In this document: piece by piece, positions 15,740 through 27,541 of the stretch
How the letters are laid out: every line of letters begins with the position of its first letter
How positions within the stretch are numbered: position 1 is the stretch's first letter
Assembly: GCF_042466455.1 (NCBI RefSeq)
Contig: NZ_JAXHCI010000002.1
Span: forward strand, 1,470,834 to 1,502,833
DNA length: 32,000 nucleotides
Direction of reading: 5' to 3'
DNA from: Loktanella sp. R86503
Lineage (GTDB): Bacteria > Pseudomonadota > Alphaproteobacteria > Rhodobacterales > Rhodobacteraceae
The notes under the pieces: model-generated
Told to the model about the DNA's origin: nothing
What the model saw: only the letters and a program-made list of their open reading frames with translations
Databases searched by the model: none
Translations under genes and position numbers: made by a program

Positions 15740-16390
15740 ATGGAAAACATTACCTTCAATCTGGCGACCCTTCACCGGCACGGCACTGCGTTTTACGATT
15801 TCCTGCGCCTGCGCAAACGGTTTTTCGTCGACACGCTTGGTTGGAACATCCCCCATGATGACCAGGTCGAGATGGATCAATACGACAATCCCAACGCCTG
15901 GTATTCACTGGTCATGCGCGATGGTGCCGTCATCGGCGGCGCGCGTGCGATGGCGACAACGGCGACCTGGGGCAGCCACAGCTATATGCTGCGCGATGCG
16001 GTGCATGGAAAGCTGATCGACATACCGCCGCAGGTGCTGGGGCAAGATATCGTCAGCGCGCAGACGTGGGAATGCACCCGGCTTGTCATGTCGGAAAGGG
16101 TTGAAACGCAGGCGGATCGCAGCGTCTGCCTGACCATGATCGTGCAGGGGCTGATCAACGTCGCGGCCGATCAGGGGGCGACGCAGCTGATGTCACTGTC
16201 GCCGCTGGCCCTGATGCGGGCGCTGCGGCAGCTGGGGTTCGGTGCGCAGCGGATCGGTGCGCCCTATACCAATGACAATGATGGCCGGCGCTATGCGGTG
16301 CTGTCGATGCCGGTGATCCATGGCATTGCCGCCATCCCGCGCGATGCGCGCCGGGCGCAGGCGCAGCCCGTGCATGCGCCGATCCGTTAA
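15740..16390 (+). CDS. luxI: acyl-homoserine-lactone synthase (LuxI family)
   Basis: 216 aa with an AAGGAG RBS. Contains conserved LuxI blocks: F.FLRLRKRFFVDTLGW.I, the acidic cluster EMDQYD, ..WECTRL.. and the C-terminal core. Confidence 0.9.
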   Translation: MENITFNLATLHRHGTAFYDFLRLRKRFFVDTLGWNIPHDDQVEMDQYDNPNAWYSLVMRDGAVIGGARAMATTATWGSHSYMLRDAVHGKLIDIPPQVLGQDIVSAQTWECTRLVMSERVETQADRSVCLTMIVQGLINVAADQGATQLMSLSPLALMRALRQLGFGAQRIGAPYTNDNDGRRYAVLSMPVIHGIAAIPRDARRAQAQPVHAPIR

Positions 16391-16393
16391 CGC

Positions 16394-16434
16394 AATATGG
16401 CCGGGCGCTGTCTTGCAGGCCCGGCCATATTTTC
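16394..16434. terminator. bidirectional terminator between luxI and purB
   Basis: Perfect 13-bp stem AATATGGCCGGGC (16394-16406) / GCCCGGCCATATT (16419-16431), followed by TTTC. Confidence 0.75.
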
Positions 16435-16450
16435 ACGCCGTCAGGGGCGA

Positions 16451-17758
16451 TCAGTCCTTGCCGAACACGCGGGCAAAGATCGTGTCGACATGCTTGGTGT
16501 GATAACCGATGTCGAACTTTTCCTCGATCTGTTCCGGCGTCAGGGCGGCGGTCACATCGGCGTCGGCCAGCAGCTCTGTTTTAAAGTCGGCCCCTTTTTC
16601 CCAAACCTTCATCGCGTTGCGCTGCACCAGCTTGTAGCTGTCCTCGCGGCTGACGCCGGCTTGGGTCAGGGCCAGAAGCACGCGCTGCGACATGACCAGA
16701 CCGCGGAACTTGTTCATGTTCGCCAGCATGGTTTCGGGATAGATCACCAGCTTTTCGATCAGGCCGGCCAGACGGTTCAGCGCGAAATCTAGGGTGACGG
16801 TGGTGTCTGGGCCGATGGTCCGCTCGACAGACGAATGCGAGATATCACGCTCGTGCCACAGGGTGACGTTTTCCAGCGCGGGGGTCACGGACATGCGCAC
16901 CAGACGGGCCAGACCGGTCAGGTTTTCAGTCAGCACCGGGTTACGCTTGTGCGGCATCGCGGACGATCCCTTTTGACCGGGGGAAAAGAACTCCTCGGCC
17001 TCAAGCACTTCGGTGCGCTGCATGTGGCGCACTTCGGTGGCGATGTTTTCCATCGAGGATGCGATCACACCCAGCGTGGCAAAGAACATTGCGTGACGAT
17101 CGCGCGGAATGACCTGCGTGCTGATCGGCTCTGGCGTCAGGCCCAGCTGCTTGCAGACTTGCTCTTCGACAGCCGGATCAATGTTGGCAAAGGTGCCGAC
17201 AGCGCCAGAGATTGCGCCGGTCGCGATTTCAGCGCGGGCGTTGACCAGACGGGCGCGGCCCCGGTCCATTTCGGCATAAAAGCGGGCAAAGGTCAGGCCC
17301 ATCGTCGTCGGTTCGGCATGGATACCGTGGCTGCGGCCGATACGGACGGTGTCCTTATGTTCATAGGCACGCTTTTTCAGGGCGGCCAGCACGCGGTCCA
17401 TATCGGCCAGCAGGATGTCGGCGGCGCGCACCAGCTGGACGTTGAACGTGGTGTCCAGCACATCAGAGGATGTCATGCCTTGGTGCACAAAGCGTGCCTC
17501 GTCTGCTCCGATATGTTCGGACAGGTGCGTCAGGAATGCGATGACGTCGTGCTTGGTGACGGCCTCGATTTCGTCGATGCGGGCGACGTCAAAGGTGACG
17601 TCTTTTGCCTTCCAGACGGCATCGGCATTTTCGCGCGGGATCACGCCCAGATCGGCCATGGCATCGCAGGCATGTGCCTCGATCTCGTACCAGATTTTGT
17701 ATTTCGTGGCCGGGTCCCAGATGGCAACCATTTCGGGACGGGAATAACGCGGGATCAT
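16451..17758 (-). CDS. purB: adenylosuccinate lyase
   Basis: 435 aa with the N-terminus MIPRYSRPEM..IW and the fumarate-lyase signature region GSSAMPHKRNP. Confidence 0.95.
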   Translation of the reverse strand: MIPRYSRPEMVAIWDPATKYKIWYEIEAHACDAMADLGVIPRENADAVWKAKDVTFDVARIDEIEAVTKHDVIAFLTHLSEHIGADEARFVHQGMTSSDVLDTTFNVQLVRAADILLADMDRVLAALKKRAYEHKDTVRIGRSHGIHAEPTTMGLTFARFYAEMDRGRARLVNARAEIATGAISGAVGTFANIDPAVEEQVCKQLGLTPEPISTQVIPRDRHAMFFATLGVIASSMENIATEVRHMQRTEVLEAEEFFSPGQKGSSAMPHKRNPVLTENLTGLARLVRMSVTPALENVTLWHERDISHSSVERTIGPDTTVTLDFALNRLAGLIEKLVIYPETMLANMNKFRGLVMSQRVLLALTQAGVSREDSYKLVQRNAMKVWEKGADFKTELLADADVTAALTPEQIEEKFDIGYHTKHVDTIFARVFGKD

Positions 17759-17840
17759 GGGCAGAACCTTTCGGGATTGGCAGCGGCGCTGGGGGCGTCA
17801 TACTGGGACAAGGCCAGAATGAAAAGAAGCGGAGGCTGCC

Positions 17841-18278
17841 GTGACGGAAAGCAAATGGCTGAATGGTCGCTCTCGGGACGATTTTTTGGGCGATTGGCTG
17901 CTGACACGCCGGATAGAGGACCGCCGCGCGGGGCAGGCGGGCCTGTTTGAAGGCACAGCGCGTTTCGTGGCGGACGGCGACAGTGGCGCGATCTATGACG
18001 AATCGGGAATGTTGCAGATCGGCAGCGCCGCCCCGCTTAAGGCCGAGCGGCGCTATCTGTACGACTTTTCCGTCGGTCTGATCACGATCCGCTTTGCCGA
18101 CGGGCGCGATTTCGTCCAATTTAACCCCGCATCGACCCACGAGGCTGTGCACGCCTGCGATCCCGACACCTACCGCGCGCGCCACGATTTTAGCCGCTGG
18201 CCGCAATGGCACGCCGTCTGGACCGTCACCGGCCCGCGCAAGGATTACACGATGCGCTCGCTTTGGCAGCGCCGCTAG
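17841..18278 (+). CDS. DUF6314-like small protein (hypothetical)
   Basis: 145 aa with a GTG start. Pattern F.G.W...R.I.D......G.F.G.A.F....... and C-terminal W.V.GPRKDY. The family name is from memory, and the function is unknown. Confidence 0.65.
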   Translation: MTESKWLNGRSRDDFLGDWLLTRRIEDRRAGQAGLFEGTARFVADGDSGAIYDESGMLQIGSAAPLKAERRYLYDFSVGLITIRFADGRDFVQFNPASTHEAVHACDPDTYRARHDFSRWPQWHAVWTVTGPRKDYTMRSLWQRR

Positions 18279-18294
18279 GGCGCTGCCGAACGGA

Positions 18295-18897
18295 TTAGCG
18301 CGCAGATCCGATAAAACCACCCGCATAAGCCGCCGTGTCATTTGCGCCGTTGAACGCGCCGATGATACGGGTGTTGTCCGCGCGGCCCTGCAGATCGCCA
18401 GTTACGCCGCGCCACGTTGTGGTGCCTGTAAAGGCGGGGCCAGTGGCATTCATCTGGCCGGAAACCTGCAAGCCATCGCCGCTGCCGGTCACGCGGCCGG
18501 TGCCAAGGGCGATGTTGATCGGCAGGCTGCCCTCTGCCTCTGTGACTGTCGTGCTGCTGTTGGTGTCGCGCACTTCGCTAAGCTGAAAATCAGCCGTGAA
18601 ACGGGCGGTGCCGGTGGTGGGCCGCGTTGTGATGCCGGCAGGATTGATCAGGGCAGAACGTGCCGAAATCGTGTTTCCTTCGGATTCGACCAGATAGGCA
18701 TAGCCCGATTTGGTCTGACCAATGTCGCCAACTGACAAGGCCCCGCCAGAGGCGTCATCTGCAGTGGCAGAGCCGGTGATCACGCCCTGCGCGTTGACCG
18801 CAGCAAAGCCAGCCGCCGTTGTGATGGCATCGGTGCTAGAGCTGCCGCATGCCGCGAGGGACAAAAAAGGAAGCGAGAAAAGCGCGCGAGAGAGCAT
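18295..18897 (-). CDS. lipoprotein with TbpB-handle/beta-barrel-like domain (transferrin-binding-protein-like solute-binding fold)
   Basis: 200 aa with a signal peptide and lipobox LSLAAC. It is G/T/S/A-rich with alternating beta-strand patterns. The C-terminal ..G.F.G.......AGGFIGSAR resembles the terminal strand of TbpB/fHbp-type barrels. Confidence 0.6.
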   Translation of the reverse strand: MLSRALFSLPFLSLAACGSSSTDAITTAAGFAAVNAQGVITGSATADDASGGALSVGDIGQTKSGYAYLVESEGNTISARSALINPAGITTRPTTGTARFTADFQLSEVRDTNSSTTVTEAEGSLPINIALGTGRVTGSGDGLQVSGQMNATGPAFTGTTTWRGVTGDLQGRADNTRIIGAFNGANDTAAYAGGFIGSAR

Positions 18898-19041
18898 TTG
18901 AAATGACTTTCAGGTTGGTTGCATCCGTTATCTAGCCGAAGTTTTCGCCCATCGGTGCAATATCATCGGCGACGGACTGCGCGGCCCATGCGCTGTGGCT
19001 GCGAATACACATCCGGTCATGTCCAAACGGCCCTTTGAACG

Positions 19042-19067
19042 CAAAAAGGGCACCCCGATGGGGTGCC
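19042..19067 (-). terminator. glnA rho-independent terminator
   Basis: On the minus strand: GGGCACCCC-AUC-GGGGUGCCC followed by UUUUU. The stems are 19047-19055 and 19059-19067, 26 nt after the glnA stop. Confidence 0.85.
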
Positions 19068-19092
19068 CTTCGTGGCCGTAATCCGTGATGGA

Positions 19093-20511
19093 TTAGCAGC
19101 TGTAGTACATCTTGTACTCGATCGGGTGCGGTGTGTGCTCGTAGGCGTAAACCTCTTCCCACTTCAGACCGATGTAGCCTTCCAGCTGGCCTTTGGTGAA
19201 CACGTCGCCAGCAAGCAGGAACTCGTGGTCCTTCTCCAGCTCTTCCAGGGCTTCACGCAGCGAGCCGCAGACGGTGGGGATTGCGGCCAGTTCTTCTGGC
19301 GGCAGATCGTAAAGGTCTTTGTCGGACGCGGGGCCCGGATCGATCTTGTTCTTGATACCGTCAAGGCCGGCCATCAGCAGTGCAGCAAAGCACAGGTAGG
19401 GGTTGGCTGCGGGATCGGGGAAACGTGCCTCGACGCGCTTTGCCTTGGGGGATTCGGACCATGGAATACGCACGCAGCCCGAACGGTTACGCGCAGAGAA
19501 CGCACGCAGAACCGGGGCTTCGAAGCCGGGGATCAGACGCTTGTAGCTGTTCGTGGTCGGGTTGGTGATCGCGTTCAACGCCTTGGCGTGCTTCAGGATA
19601 CCGCCGATGAAATACAGCGCTTCCTGGCTCAGGTCAGCATATTTGTCGCCTGCGAACAGCGGCTTGCCGTCTTTCCAGATCGACATGTTGACGTGCATAC
19701 CGGTGCCGTTGTCGCCGGACATCGGCTTTGGCATGAAGGTTGCCGACTTGCCGTAGGCCTGGGCCACGTTGTGGATGACGTACTTGTACTTCTGGATCTC
19801 GTCAGCTTGCTTGGTCAGCGTGCCGAAAATCAGGCCAAGTTCGTGCTGGCAGGATGCAACTTCGTGGTGGTGCTTGTCGACCTTCATGCCCATGCGCTTC
19901 ATGGTGGACAGCATTTCGCCGCGCATGTCCTGCGCATCGTCGATCGGGTTGACGGGGAAGTAGCCGCCTTTGACGCCCGGACGGTGACCGGTGTTGCCCA
20001 CGCCGGTTTCCGAACGGAAATCGGTGTCGGTGTTCCATGCGCCGTCGATAGCATCGACCTGGAAGGACACCTTGTTCATCGAAACGCTGTAACGCACATC
20101 GTCAAAGATGAAGAATTCGGCTTCGGGGCCGCAATAGAACGTATCGCCAATACCCGAGGACTTCAGATAGGCTTCGGCCTTTTCTGCAGTGCCGCGCGGG
20201 TCGCGGTCATAGGGTTCCATCGTGTCGGGCTCTGCCACGGTGCAGTGCACGCAGATGGTTTTTTCAGCGTAGAACGGGTCGACATAGGCGCTGTCCACGT
20301 CAAGAACGAGCTTCATGTCGGACTTGTCGATGGATTTCCAGCCGGCGATGGACGAGCCGTCGAACATGAAGCCTTCTTCGACGAAGTCTTCGTCCACCAG
20401 ATCCGCCACGATGGTGACGTGCTGCAGTTTGCCTTTAGGATCGGTGAAGCGGATATCGACGTAGTCGGCCTCTTCATCCTTGATCATTTTTAGAAAATCT
20501 TTGGTGCTCAT
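19093..20511 (-). CDS. glnA: glutamine synthetase type I
   Basis: 472 aa reading [31 protein letters not shown].. It carries GSI motifs and the adenylylation-site region (..[17 protein letters not shown].., ..[10 protein letters not shown]..). Confidence 0.95.
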   Translation of the reverse strand: MSTKDFLKMIKDEEADYVDIRFTDPKGKLQHVTIVADLVDEDFVEEGFMFDGSSIAGWKSIDKSDMKLVLDVDSAYVDPFYAEKTICVHCTVAEPDTMEPYDRDPRGTAEKAEAYLKSSGIGDTFYCGPEAEFFIFDDVRYSVSMNKVSFQVDAIDGAWNTDTDFRSETGVGNTGHRPGVKGGYFPVNPIDDAQDMRGEMLSTMKRMGMKVDKHHHEVASCQHELGLIFGTLTKQADEIQKYKYVIHNVAQAYGKSATFMPKPMSGDNGTGMHVNMSIWKDGKPLFAGDKYADLSQEALYFIGGILKHAKALNAITNPTTNSYKRLIPGFEAPVLRAFSARNRSGCVRIPWSESPKAKRVEARFPDPAANPYLCFAALLMAGLDGIKNKIDPGPASDKDLYDLPPEELAAIPTVCGSLREALEELEKDHEFLLAGDVFTKGQLEGYIGLKWEEVYAYEHTPHPIEYKMYYSC

Positions 20512-20562
20512 CGAGAGAGGTCCTTTTCAGTCTTGATCGTGTGGTGGGTTGCGACGCTGCGC

Positions 20563-22591
<2,029 letters not shown>

Positions 22592-22593
<2 letters not shown>

Positions 22594-22627
22594 AAAAGGC
22601 CAAAGCTGCCAGGGCTTTGACCTTTGA
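22592..22627. terminator. bidirectional terminator between nnr and the Hint-domain gene
   Basis: AAAAAA-GGCCAAAGC-tgccagg-GCTTTGACC-TTT. The stem has one mismatch. Confidence 0.55.
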
Positions 22628-22650
22628 AGTTCATGCATCACCTGAAGAGT

Positions 22651-23118
22651 TCAGACAGCGGCGGTGCCCATTTCGATACCGTCAGCATAGACAATGTGCT
22701 GGCGATCGAATGTCAGGGTGTAGACTGTCATCTCGCAGGCGTCCTGCACCGCAAGGAACTCGCCGTCGACAAGGCGCTGCGCCTCGATCATGGCGGCGGG
22801 GCTGCCGAACAGCGCCTCTGCGCGCCAATCGCGGATATGGATCTGGGTGCCGGGGGCGACAAGCATGTCGCGGTCGGGGCGGGTATGGCCAAGGCTGCCG
22901 GCCTTGATGCGGATTGGCGCAACGCGCAGGGTTTCGGCGGTGATCGATCGCAGAACCGCAGTGCCGCTGTCGCGGGTAATGATCCGGGTGCCGGGCGTCA
23001 GGTCGTCGACCCGCATCTCTCCGTTTAAGGTGAGGATGGTGGTATCGGCGCATACACCCGACGTCAGTGTAACGGCTGATTTGGCGAGTGTATCGCGAGT
23101 CATTGTCCCGGTCTGCAT
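22651..23118 (-). CDS. stand-alone Hint (Hedgehog/intein, bacterial intein-like) domain protein
   Basis: The track ORF runs to 23256. Likely starts are ATG 23118 or 23103, giving about 150-155 aa. The pattern G.C.DT.ILT..GE..V.DL.PG..I.TRD.G.......I........PI.I.AG.LG...P.RD..V.P...I.............L.......V.Y.L.F..H.IV.A.G matches the Hint_2 type common in Rhodobacteraceae. Confidence 0.75.
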   Translation of the reverse strand: MQTGTMTRDTLAKSAVTLTSGVCADTTILTLNGEMRVDDLTPGTRIITRDSGTAVLRSITAETLRVAPIRIKAGSLGHTRPDRDMLVAPGTQIHIRDWRAEALFGSPAAMIEAQRLVDGEFLAVQDACEMTVYTLTFDRQHIVYADGIEMGTAAV

Positions 23119-23291
23119 GGCGTATTTCCCGCTCTTGCTAATGTCTGCCTCAATGTGTTGACGAGAATTACGGCGCAAAAAGGGCAGACTTCCACCTTTT
23201 TTACGATGACGATTTGCACTCGCATCCCTGTGTGACCTTTGATAGACACCGCGCAAAGCCGGGGGTGAATGGCATTCGCCCCTGTTTTAAT

Positions 23292-23375
23292 GCGGGTGTG
23301 GCGGAATGGTAGACGCACCAGATTTAGGTTCTGGCGCCGCAAGGCGTGGAGGTTCGAGTCCTCTCACCCGCACCA
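23292..23375 (+). tRNA. tRNA-Leu (anticodon UAG)
   Basis: Manual cloverleaf: acceptor GCGGGTG/CACCCGC, 3-bp D stem, anticodon stem CCAGA/TCTGG with loop TTTAGGT, long variable arm (class II), T arm GGAGG-TTCGAGT-CCTCT, and an encoded CCA. Confidence 0.9.
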
Positions 23376-23400
23376 AGATTTATAGACAGAAGGAAAACCC

Positions 23401-24735
23401 ATGCAGGTCAAAGAGACCCAGAACGAAGGCCTCAAGCGCGGATACACCATCACGGTGACGGCAGCTGAACTTGACGACAAAGTGGTCGGCAAGCTGAAAG
23501 AAGCGCAGCCCGAAGTCGAGATGAAGGGTTTCCGCAAGGGCAAGGTCCCGATGGCCATGATGCGCAAGCAGTTCGGCCCGCGCCTGATCGGCGAAGCCAT
23601 GCAGGAAGCCATCGACGGTGCGATGAACGACCACCTGACCACATCCGGCGACCGCCCCGCGGCCCAGCCAGAGATGAAGATGGCCAATGAGGACTGGAAA
23701 GAGGGCGACGATGTTGTCGTCAACGTGTCCTATGAAAAGCTGCCTGACGTGCCGGAAACCGACCTGAGCAAGGTTAAGCTGGAGCGTATGGTCGTCAAGG
23801 CAGACGATTCGGCTGTCGAAGAGGCGCTGAACAATCTGGCCGAAAGCCCGCAGGCTGTGGCCTATGAGGCCAAGGACGGCGCGGCAGAAGACAAAGATCA
23901 GGTCGTGATCGACTTCGTCGGCAAGATCGACGGCGAAGCCTTTGAAGGTGGCGCTGGCGACGATTATCCGCTGGTTCTGGGCTCCAACAGCTTTATCCCC
24001 GGGTTCGAAGATCAGCTGGTCGGCACCAAGGCTGGCAAAGAAAAGGCCGTTACGGTCAGCTTCCCCGCCGAATATCAGGCTGCCCATCTGGCCGGTAAAG
24101 AGGCCGTCTTTGACGTGACCGTCAAGGAAGTGCGCGCGGCTAATGCGCCCGCAATCGACGACGAGCTGGCCAAGAAGTTCGGCGCAGAAGATCTGGACGC
24201 CCTAAAGGGCCAGATCCGTGAGCGTCTGGAAGCTGAATACAACGGTGCATCCCGTGCTATCGCCAAGCGCAAGTTGCTGGACGAGCTGGACACGCTGGTG
24301 TCTTTCGATCTGCCGGAGTCGCTGGTCGAAGCTGAGGCAAACCAGATCGCGCACCAGCTGTGGCACGAGGAAAACCCTGATGTTCAGGGCCACGATCACC
24401 CAGAAATCAACCCGACGGACGAGCACAAGACGCTTGCACAGCGCCGGGTGAAGCTGGGTCTGCTGCTGGCCGATATCGGTCAGAAGGCAGAGGTGAAGGT
24501 CACCGATCAGGAAATGACCCAAGCGATCATGAACCAGGCACGTCAGTACCCGGGTCAGGAACGTCAGTTCTTTGAATTCGTGCAGCAAAACGCCCAGTTC
24601 CGCCAGCAGCTGCAGGCCCCGATGTTCGAAGACAAGGTCGTTGACCACATCTTTGAAAAGGCGACTGTCGCTGAAAAGACCGTCACCAAAGAAGAGCTGC
24701 AGACCGCTGTTGAGGCGCTGGAAAGCGAAGACTGA
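23401..24735 (+). CDS. tig: trigger factor
   Basis: 444 aa reading [19 protein letters not shown].. It contains the ribosome-binding motif GFRKGKVP and a central FKBP-type PPIase ([25 protein letters not shown]). Confidence 0.95.
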   Translation: MQVKETQNEGLKRGYTITVTAAELDDKVVGKLKEAQPEVEMKGFRKGKVPMAMMRKQFGPRLIGEAMQEAIDGAMNDHLTTSGDRPAAQPEMKMANEDWKEGDDVVVNVSYEKLPDVPETDLSKVKLERMVVKADDSAVEEALNNLAESPQAVAYEAKDGAAEDKDQVVIDFVGKIDGEAFEGGAGDDYPLVLGSNSFIPGFEDQLVGTKAGKEKAVTVSFPAEYQAAHLAGKEAVFDVTVKEVRAANAPAIDDELAKKFGAEDLDALKGQIRERLEAEYNGASRAIAKRKLLDELDTLVSFDLPESLVEAEANQIAHQLWHEENPDVQGHDHPEINPTDEHKTLAQRRVKLGLLLADIGQKAEVKVTDQEMTQAIMNQARQYPGQERQFFEFVQQNAQFRQQLQAPMFEDKVVDHIFEKATVAEKTVTKEELQTAVEALESED

Positions 24736-24766
24736 ACATAGCCCTTCTTTCACGAAGGCTTGTTGG

Positions 24767-24796
24767 AATGGCACCCCGGATTGGGGTGCCATTTTT
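24767..24796 (+). terminator. tig rho-independent terminator
   Basis: AATGGCACCCC-ggatt-GGGGTGCCATT running into TTTTT. Confidence 0.85.
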
Positions 24797-24884
24797 CGTT
24801 TGCCCTTGTTGCCGCAGGGGCAATGGCCCATAGTTAGGGGAACGGTGGCCTCTTGGCCGCGTCAATTCCATAAGATCAGGCCCG

Positions 24885-25376
24885 ATGATGTCCCTATGGC
24901 GCATTGCAGTCCTTGGCGTCGTGCTTGCTGCAACACAGTTTGCAGGTAGTGCGATTGCCTGTCCGAACCCCGACATGGCGGCCGCGCGGCAGATCAGCAG
25001 CAACGGGGCCGCGCTGCGGCTGGGTCAAAGCCGCCGCGTCTTTGCCGGTGGTAAAGCAGGGTTGGATGGCTGCGCCCATATTGCCCTGCCGCACATACCT
25101 ACCGCGCAGTTCAACGACGCGCCCGGGTTTAGCGCGGACTTAAGCGGGATGATCGGCCTTGCGATGGAAATCCGTGCCGAAAGCGATTGCGCGACGGCGC
25201 TTTTGGTGCGGACCGATGGCGGGCACTGGTATTTTGACGATCATGGCCGGGGGGCTGGCCAGCCGCGCCTTATCTTGCGGCGGCCGGGCAGCGGTGAAAT
25301 CACCGTCTGGTTGGGCACGCCGGATGGCCGGCAATGCCGGGCCAGATTGAATTTGCAGACCTACGCCGGACAGTAG
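24885..25376 (+). CDS. hypothetical secreted protein
   Basis: 163 aa with an N-terminal signal peptide (..VLAATQFAGSAIA/CP) and four Cys. I recognise no family. The RBS is weak. Confidence 0.55.
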   Translation: MMSLWRIAVLGVVLAATQFAGSAIACPNPDMAAARQISSNGAALRLGQSRRVFAGGKAGLDGCAHIALPHIPTAQFNDAPGFSADLSGMIGLAMEIRAESDCATALLVRTDGGHWYFDDHGRGAGQPRLILRRPGSGEITVWLGTPDGRQCRARLNLQTYAGQ

Positions 25377-25405
25377 CGGGCCACCCGCAGGGCGGATGGC
25401 CCGCT
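25375..25405. terminator. hairpin between convergent genes (hypothetical / cpdB-like)
   Basis: AGCGGGCCA (25375-25383) pairs with TGGCCCGCT (25397-25405). The T-tract is poor. Confidence 0.45.
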
Positions 25406-25409
25406 TGAT

Positions 25410-27368
25410 TTACAGAACCATACGATAAAGCGCGAAACCTTCGGGCGTGTCGCCCGCGGGTTCGATGGAAACGCTTTCGACTGCGCTGGCATATTGGGCC
25501 GCGTTGGGGCCGGTTTCGAACAGCGCCGTCGTGCCGGGCATCGGTTTGAAGGACCAGTTCGCATCAGCGTTGGGGCTGATGGTGCCCTGATCGACGATGT
25601 AGCGCACGATCACGTCGCGGTTGGTATCGGGACCTTCAAAGACGATTGTGCTACCATCAGCGCCAGGAAAGCTGCCGCCGCCGCTGGCGCGGTAGTTGTT
25701 AGTGGCAACGATAAATTCTGCATCTGGATCAATGGGTTCGCCGTTGAACTTCAAGTCAATGATGCGGTTTGCATCCGCAGCGACGACGGCACCGTCACGA
25801 TCAAATCGGGACGGTTGGCTTAGGTCGATTTGATAGGTGACGCCGTCGATCACGTCGAAGTTGTAGCTGGGGAACTCTGCGTTCAGCAGTGGCGCGTCCT
25901 GCGCGCCTTCTTCGATCTGGTTGAACATGCCGGCGCTGCGTTCCAGCCAATCCTTGACCTGCGCACCGGTGATTTTCACGGCGCGGACGGTGTTGGGATA
26001 AAGGTAAAGGTCAGCGACGTTCTTGATCGCGACATCACCCTTTGGCACGTCGGTGTAATATTCCGGCCCTTGCCGGCCACCAGCCTTGAACGGTGCAGCG
26101 GCGGAAAGGATCGGAAGCCCTTCGTTTTCAGTGCCTTGCATCATCTGCTTAATGTACCAAGTCTGGGCGTTGGACACGATCTGGACAGAAGGGTCATCCG
26201 CAACCAGCGCAAAATAGCTGTAAAGCGGCGCATCGGTCTGGCCGACGGCGCGGCGGACATAGGCCAGCGTTTCGTCGTGTTCCTGCTGCACGGCGTCGAG
26301 CACCTTTTGATCGCTTTCGACCAAAGCGGTAATGCTGCGATCTTCGTTGCGCTGGGAAATCGGGCGCGCTTCGGATGTGTGGCTGACGATTTTCCAATCG
26401 CTGCCGTCGCGTTCCAGCATCAGGTCGATCAGGCCCATATGACTGCCCCAGAAGCCGCCCATGACTGCCGGTTTGCCCATCAGCGTGCCGGCGGCGACGT
26501 CGACACCGTCAAAGCCGTCATAGGACGAGGAGGGGAAGACCAGGTGGCTATGGCCGGTCATAACCGCATCGATTCCATCAACCCCTGCCAGCGGGATCGA
26601 GGCATTTTCCATGCCATCCTCTGCCGTTGCCGCGCCGATGCCTGAGTGGGACAAGGCGATGATGATTTGCGCGCCTTGTTCCTTCATCTGCGGCACGTAA
26701 GCCTGCGCGGTGGCAACGATATCGCGGGTTTGCACTTTACCGTCCAGATGCTGGCGGTCCCAGTTCATGATCTGCGGCGGCACAAAGCCGATCAGGCCGA
26801 TCTTGATAGGGTGCTTTTCGCCAGCGCCGTCTGTCAGTTCGCGGTCAATGATGACGTAGGGCGCAATCAGCGTGTCATCGTCCAGCGGGGTCGCGCCCAT
26901 GGTTTTCACAACGTTTGCGCTGACCACTGGATAATTTGCCCCAGCTAAAGATTTCGTTAGGAAATCGAGGCCATAGTTAAATTCGTGGTTGCCCAAGGTG
27001 GATGCGTCGAAGCCCAGCGTATTCATCGCAGCGATCACGGGGTGCATGTCGCCTTCTTTCATGCCGCGCTCGTAAGCGATGTAATCGCCCATCGGGTTGC
27101 CCTGAAGGAAGTCGCCGTTGTCGAGCAGAAGGGAGTTTGTCGATTCGGCGCGGGTGTTTTCGATGATAGAGGCTGTTCGCGCTAGGCCGACCGTGTCGAC
27201 AGGCTGGTCCGCGTAATAGTCATAGGGAAAGACATGCACGTGCAGGTCGGTGGTTTCCATCAGACGCAGGTGGACCTGATTGGCCTGCGCGCGTGCTGAA
27301 AACGGGTGCAGTGCGATAAAGCCAGCGGTAGAGGCAAGGAAGGACCGGCGGGACAGGGTGAATGACAT
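25410..27368 (-). CDS. cpdB: bifunctional 2',3'-cyclic-nucleotide 2'-phosphodiesterase / 3'-nucleotidase-like periplasmic metallophosphoesterase
   Basis: The track ORF runs to 27494. The start was re-set to ATG 27368 (MSFTLSRRSFLASTAGFIALHPFSARA, Tat-like signal), giving 652 aa. It has calcineurin-like motifs (DLHVH, DNGDFLQGNP, GNHEFN, GHSH) plus a 5'-nucleotidase C-terminal domain. Confidence 0.85.
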   Translation of the reverse strand: MSFTLSRRSFLASTAGFIALHPFSARAQANQVHLRLMETTDLHVHVFPYDYYADQPVDTVGLARTASIIENTRAESTNSLLLDNGDFLQGNPMGDYIAYERGMKEGDMHPVIAAMNTLGFDASTLGNHEFNYGLDFLTKSLAGANYPVVSANVVKTMGATPLDDDTLIAPYVIIDRELTDGAGEKHPIKIGLIGFVPPQIMNWDRQHLDGKVQTRDIVATAQAYVPQMKEQGAQIIIALSHSGIGAATAEDGMENASIPLAGVDGIDAVMTGHSHLVFPSSSYDGFDGVDVAAGTLMGKPAVMGGFWGSHMGLIDLMLERDGSDWKIVSHTSEARPISQRNEDRSITALVESDQKVLDAVQQEHDETLAYVRRAVGQTDAPLYSYFALVADDPSVQIVSNAQTWYIKQMMQGTENEGLPILSAAAPFKAGGRQGPEYYTDVPKGDVAIKNVADLYLYPNTVRAVKITGAQVKDWLERSAGMFNQIEEGAQDAPLLNAEFPSYNFDVIDGVTYQIDLSQPSRFDRDGAVVAADANRIIDLKFNGEPIDPDAEFIVATNNYRASGGGSFPGADGSTIVFEGPDTNRDVIVRYIVDQGTISPNADANWSFKPMPGTTALFETGPNAAQYASAVESVSIEPAGDTPEGFALYRMVL

Positions 27369-27541
27369 AACGACGCTTTCACATTGGAAGAAACTAGCTT
27401 CAGTTTGAAAGCGATGGATGACGTTGTCACGACAAAGGGTGACAAACCGGCGGTTTACTGCGCCAGTTTGGCGGTTTTCTGATCGATTGGTCAAATATGT
27501 GCCACCCGTCGCCTGCGACCGATGCGGCGGGCGGCTATTCT

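Noticed and set aside
19063-20493. 476-aa plus-strand ORF opposite glnA
   Set aside because: Antisense shadow ORF of glutamine synthetase, with no recognisable motifs.
23119-23400. tRNA-Leu as a possible genomic-island integration site
   Set aside because: There is no integrase or recombinase nearby. I noticed no direct repeat of the tRNA 3' end elsewhere in the window by eye. The flanking genes (Hint protein, tig) do not look like island cargo.
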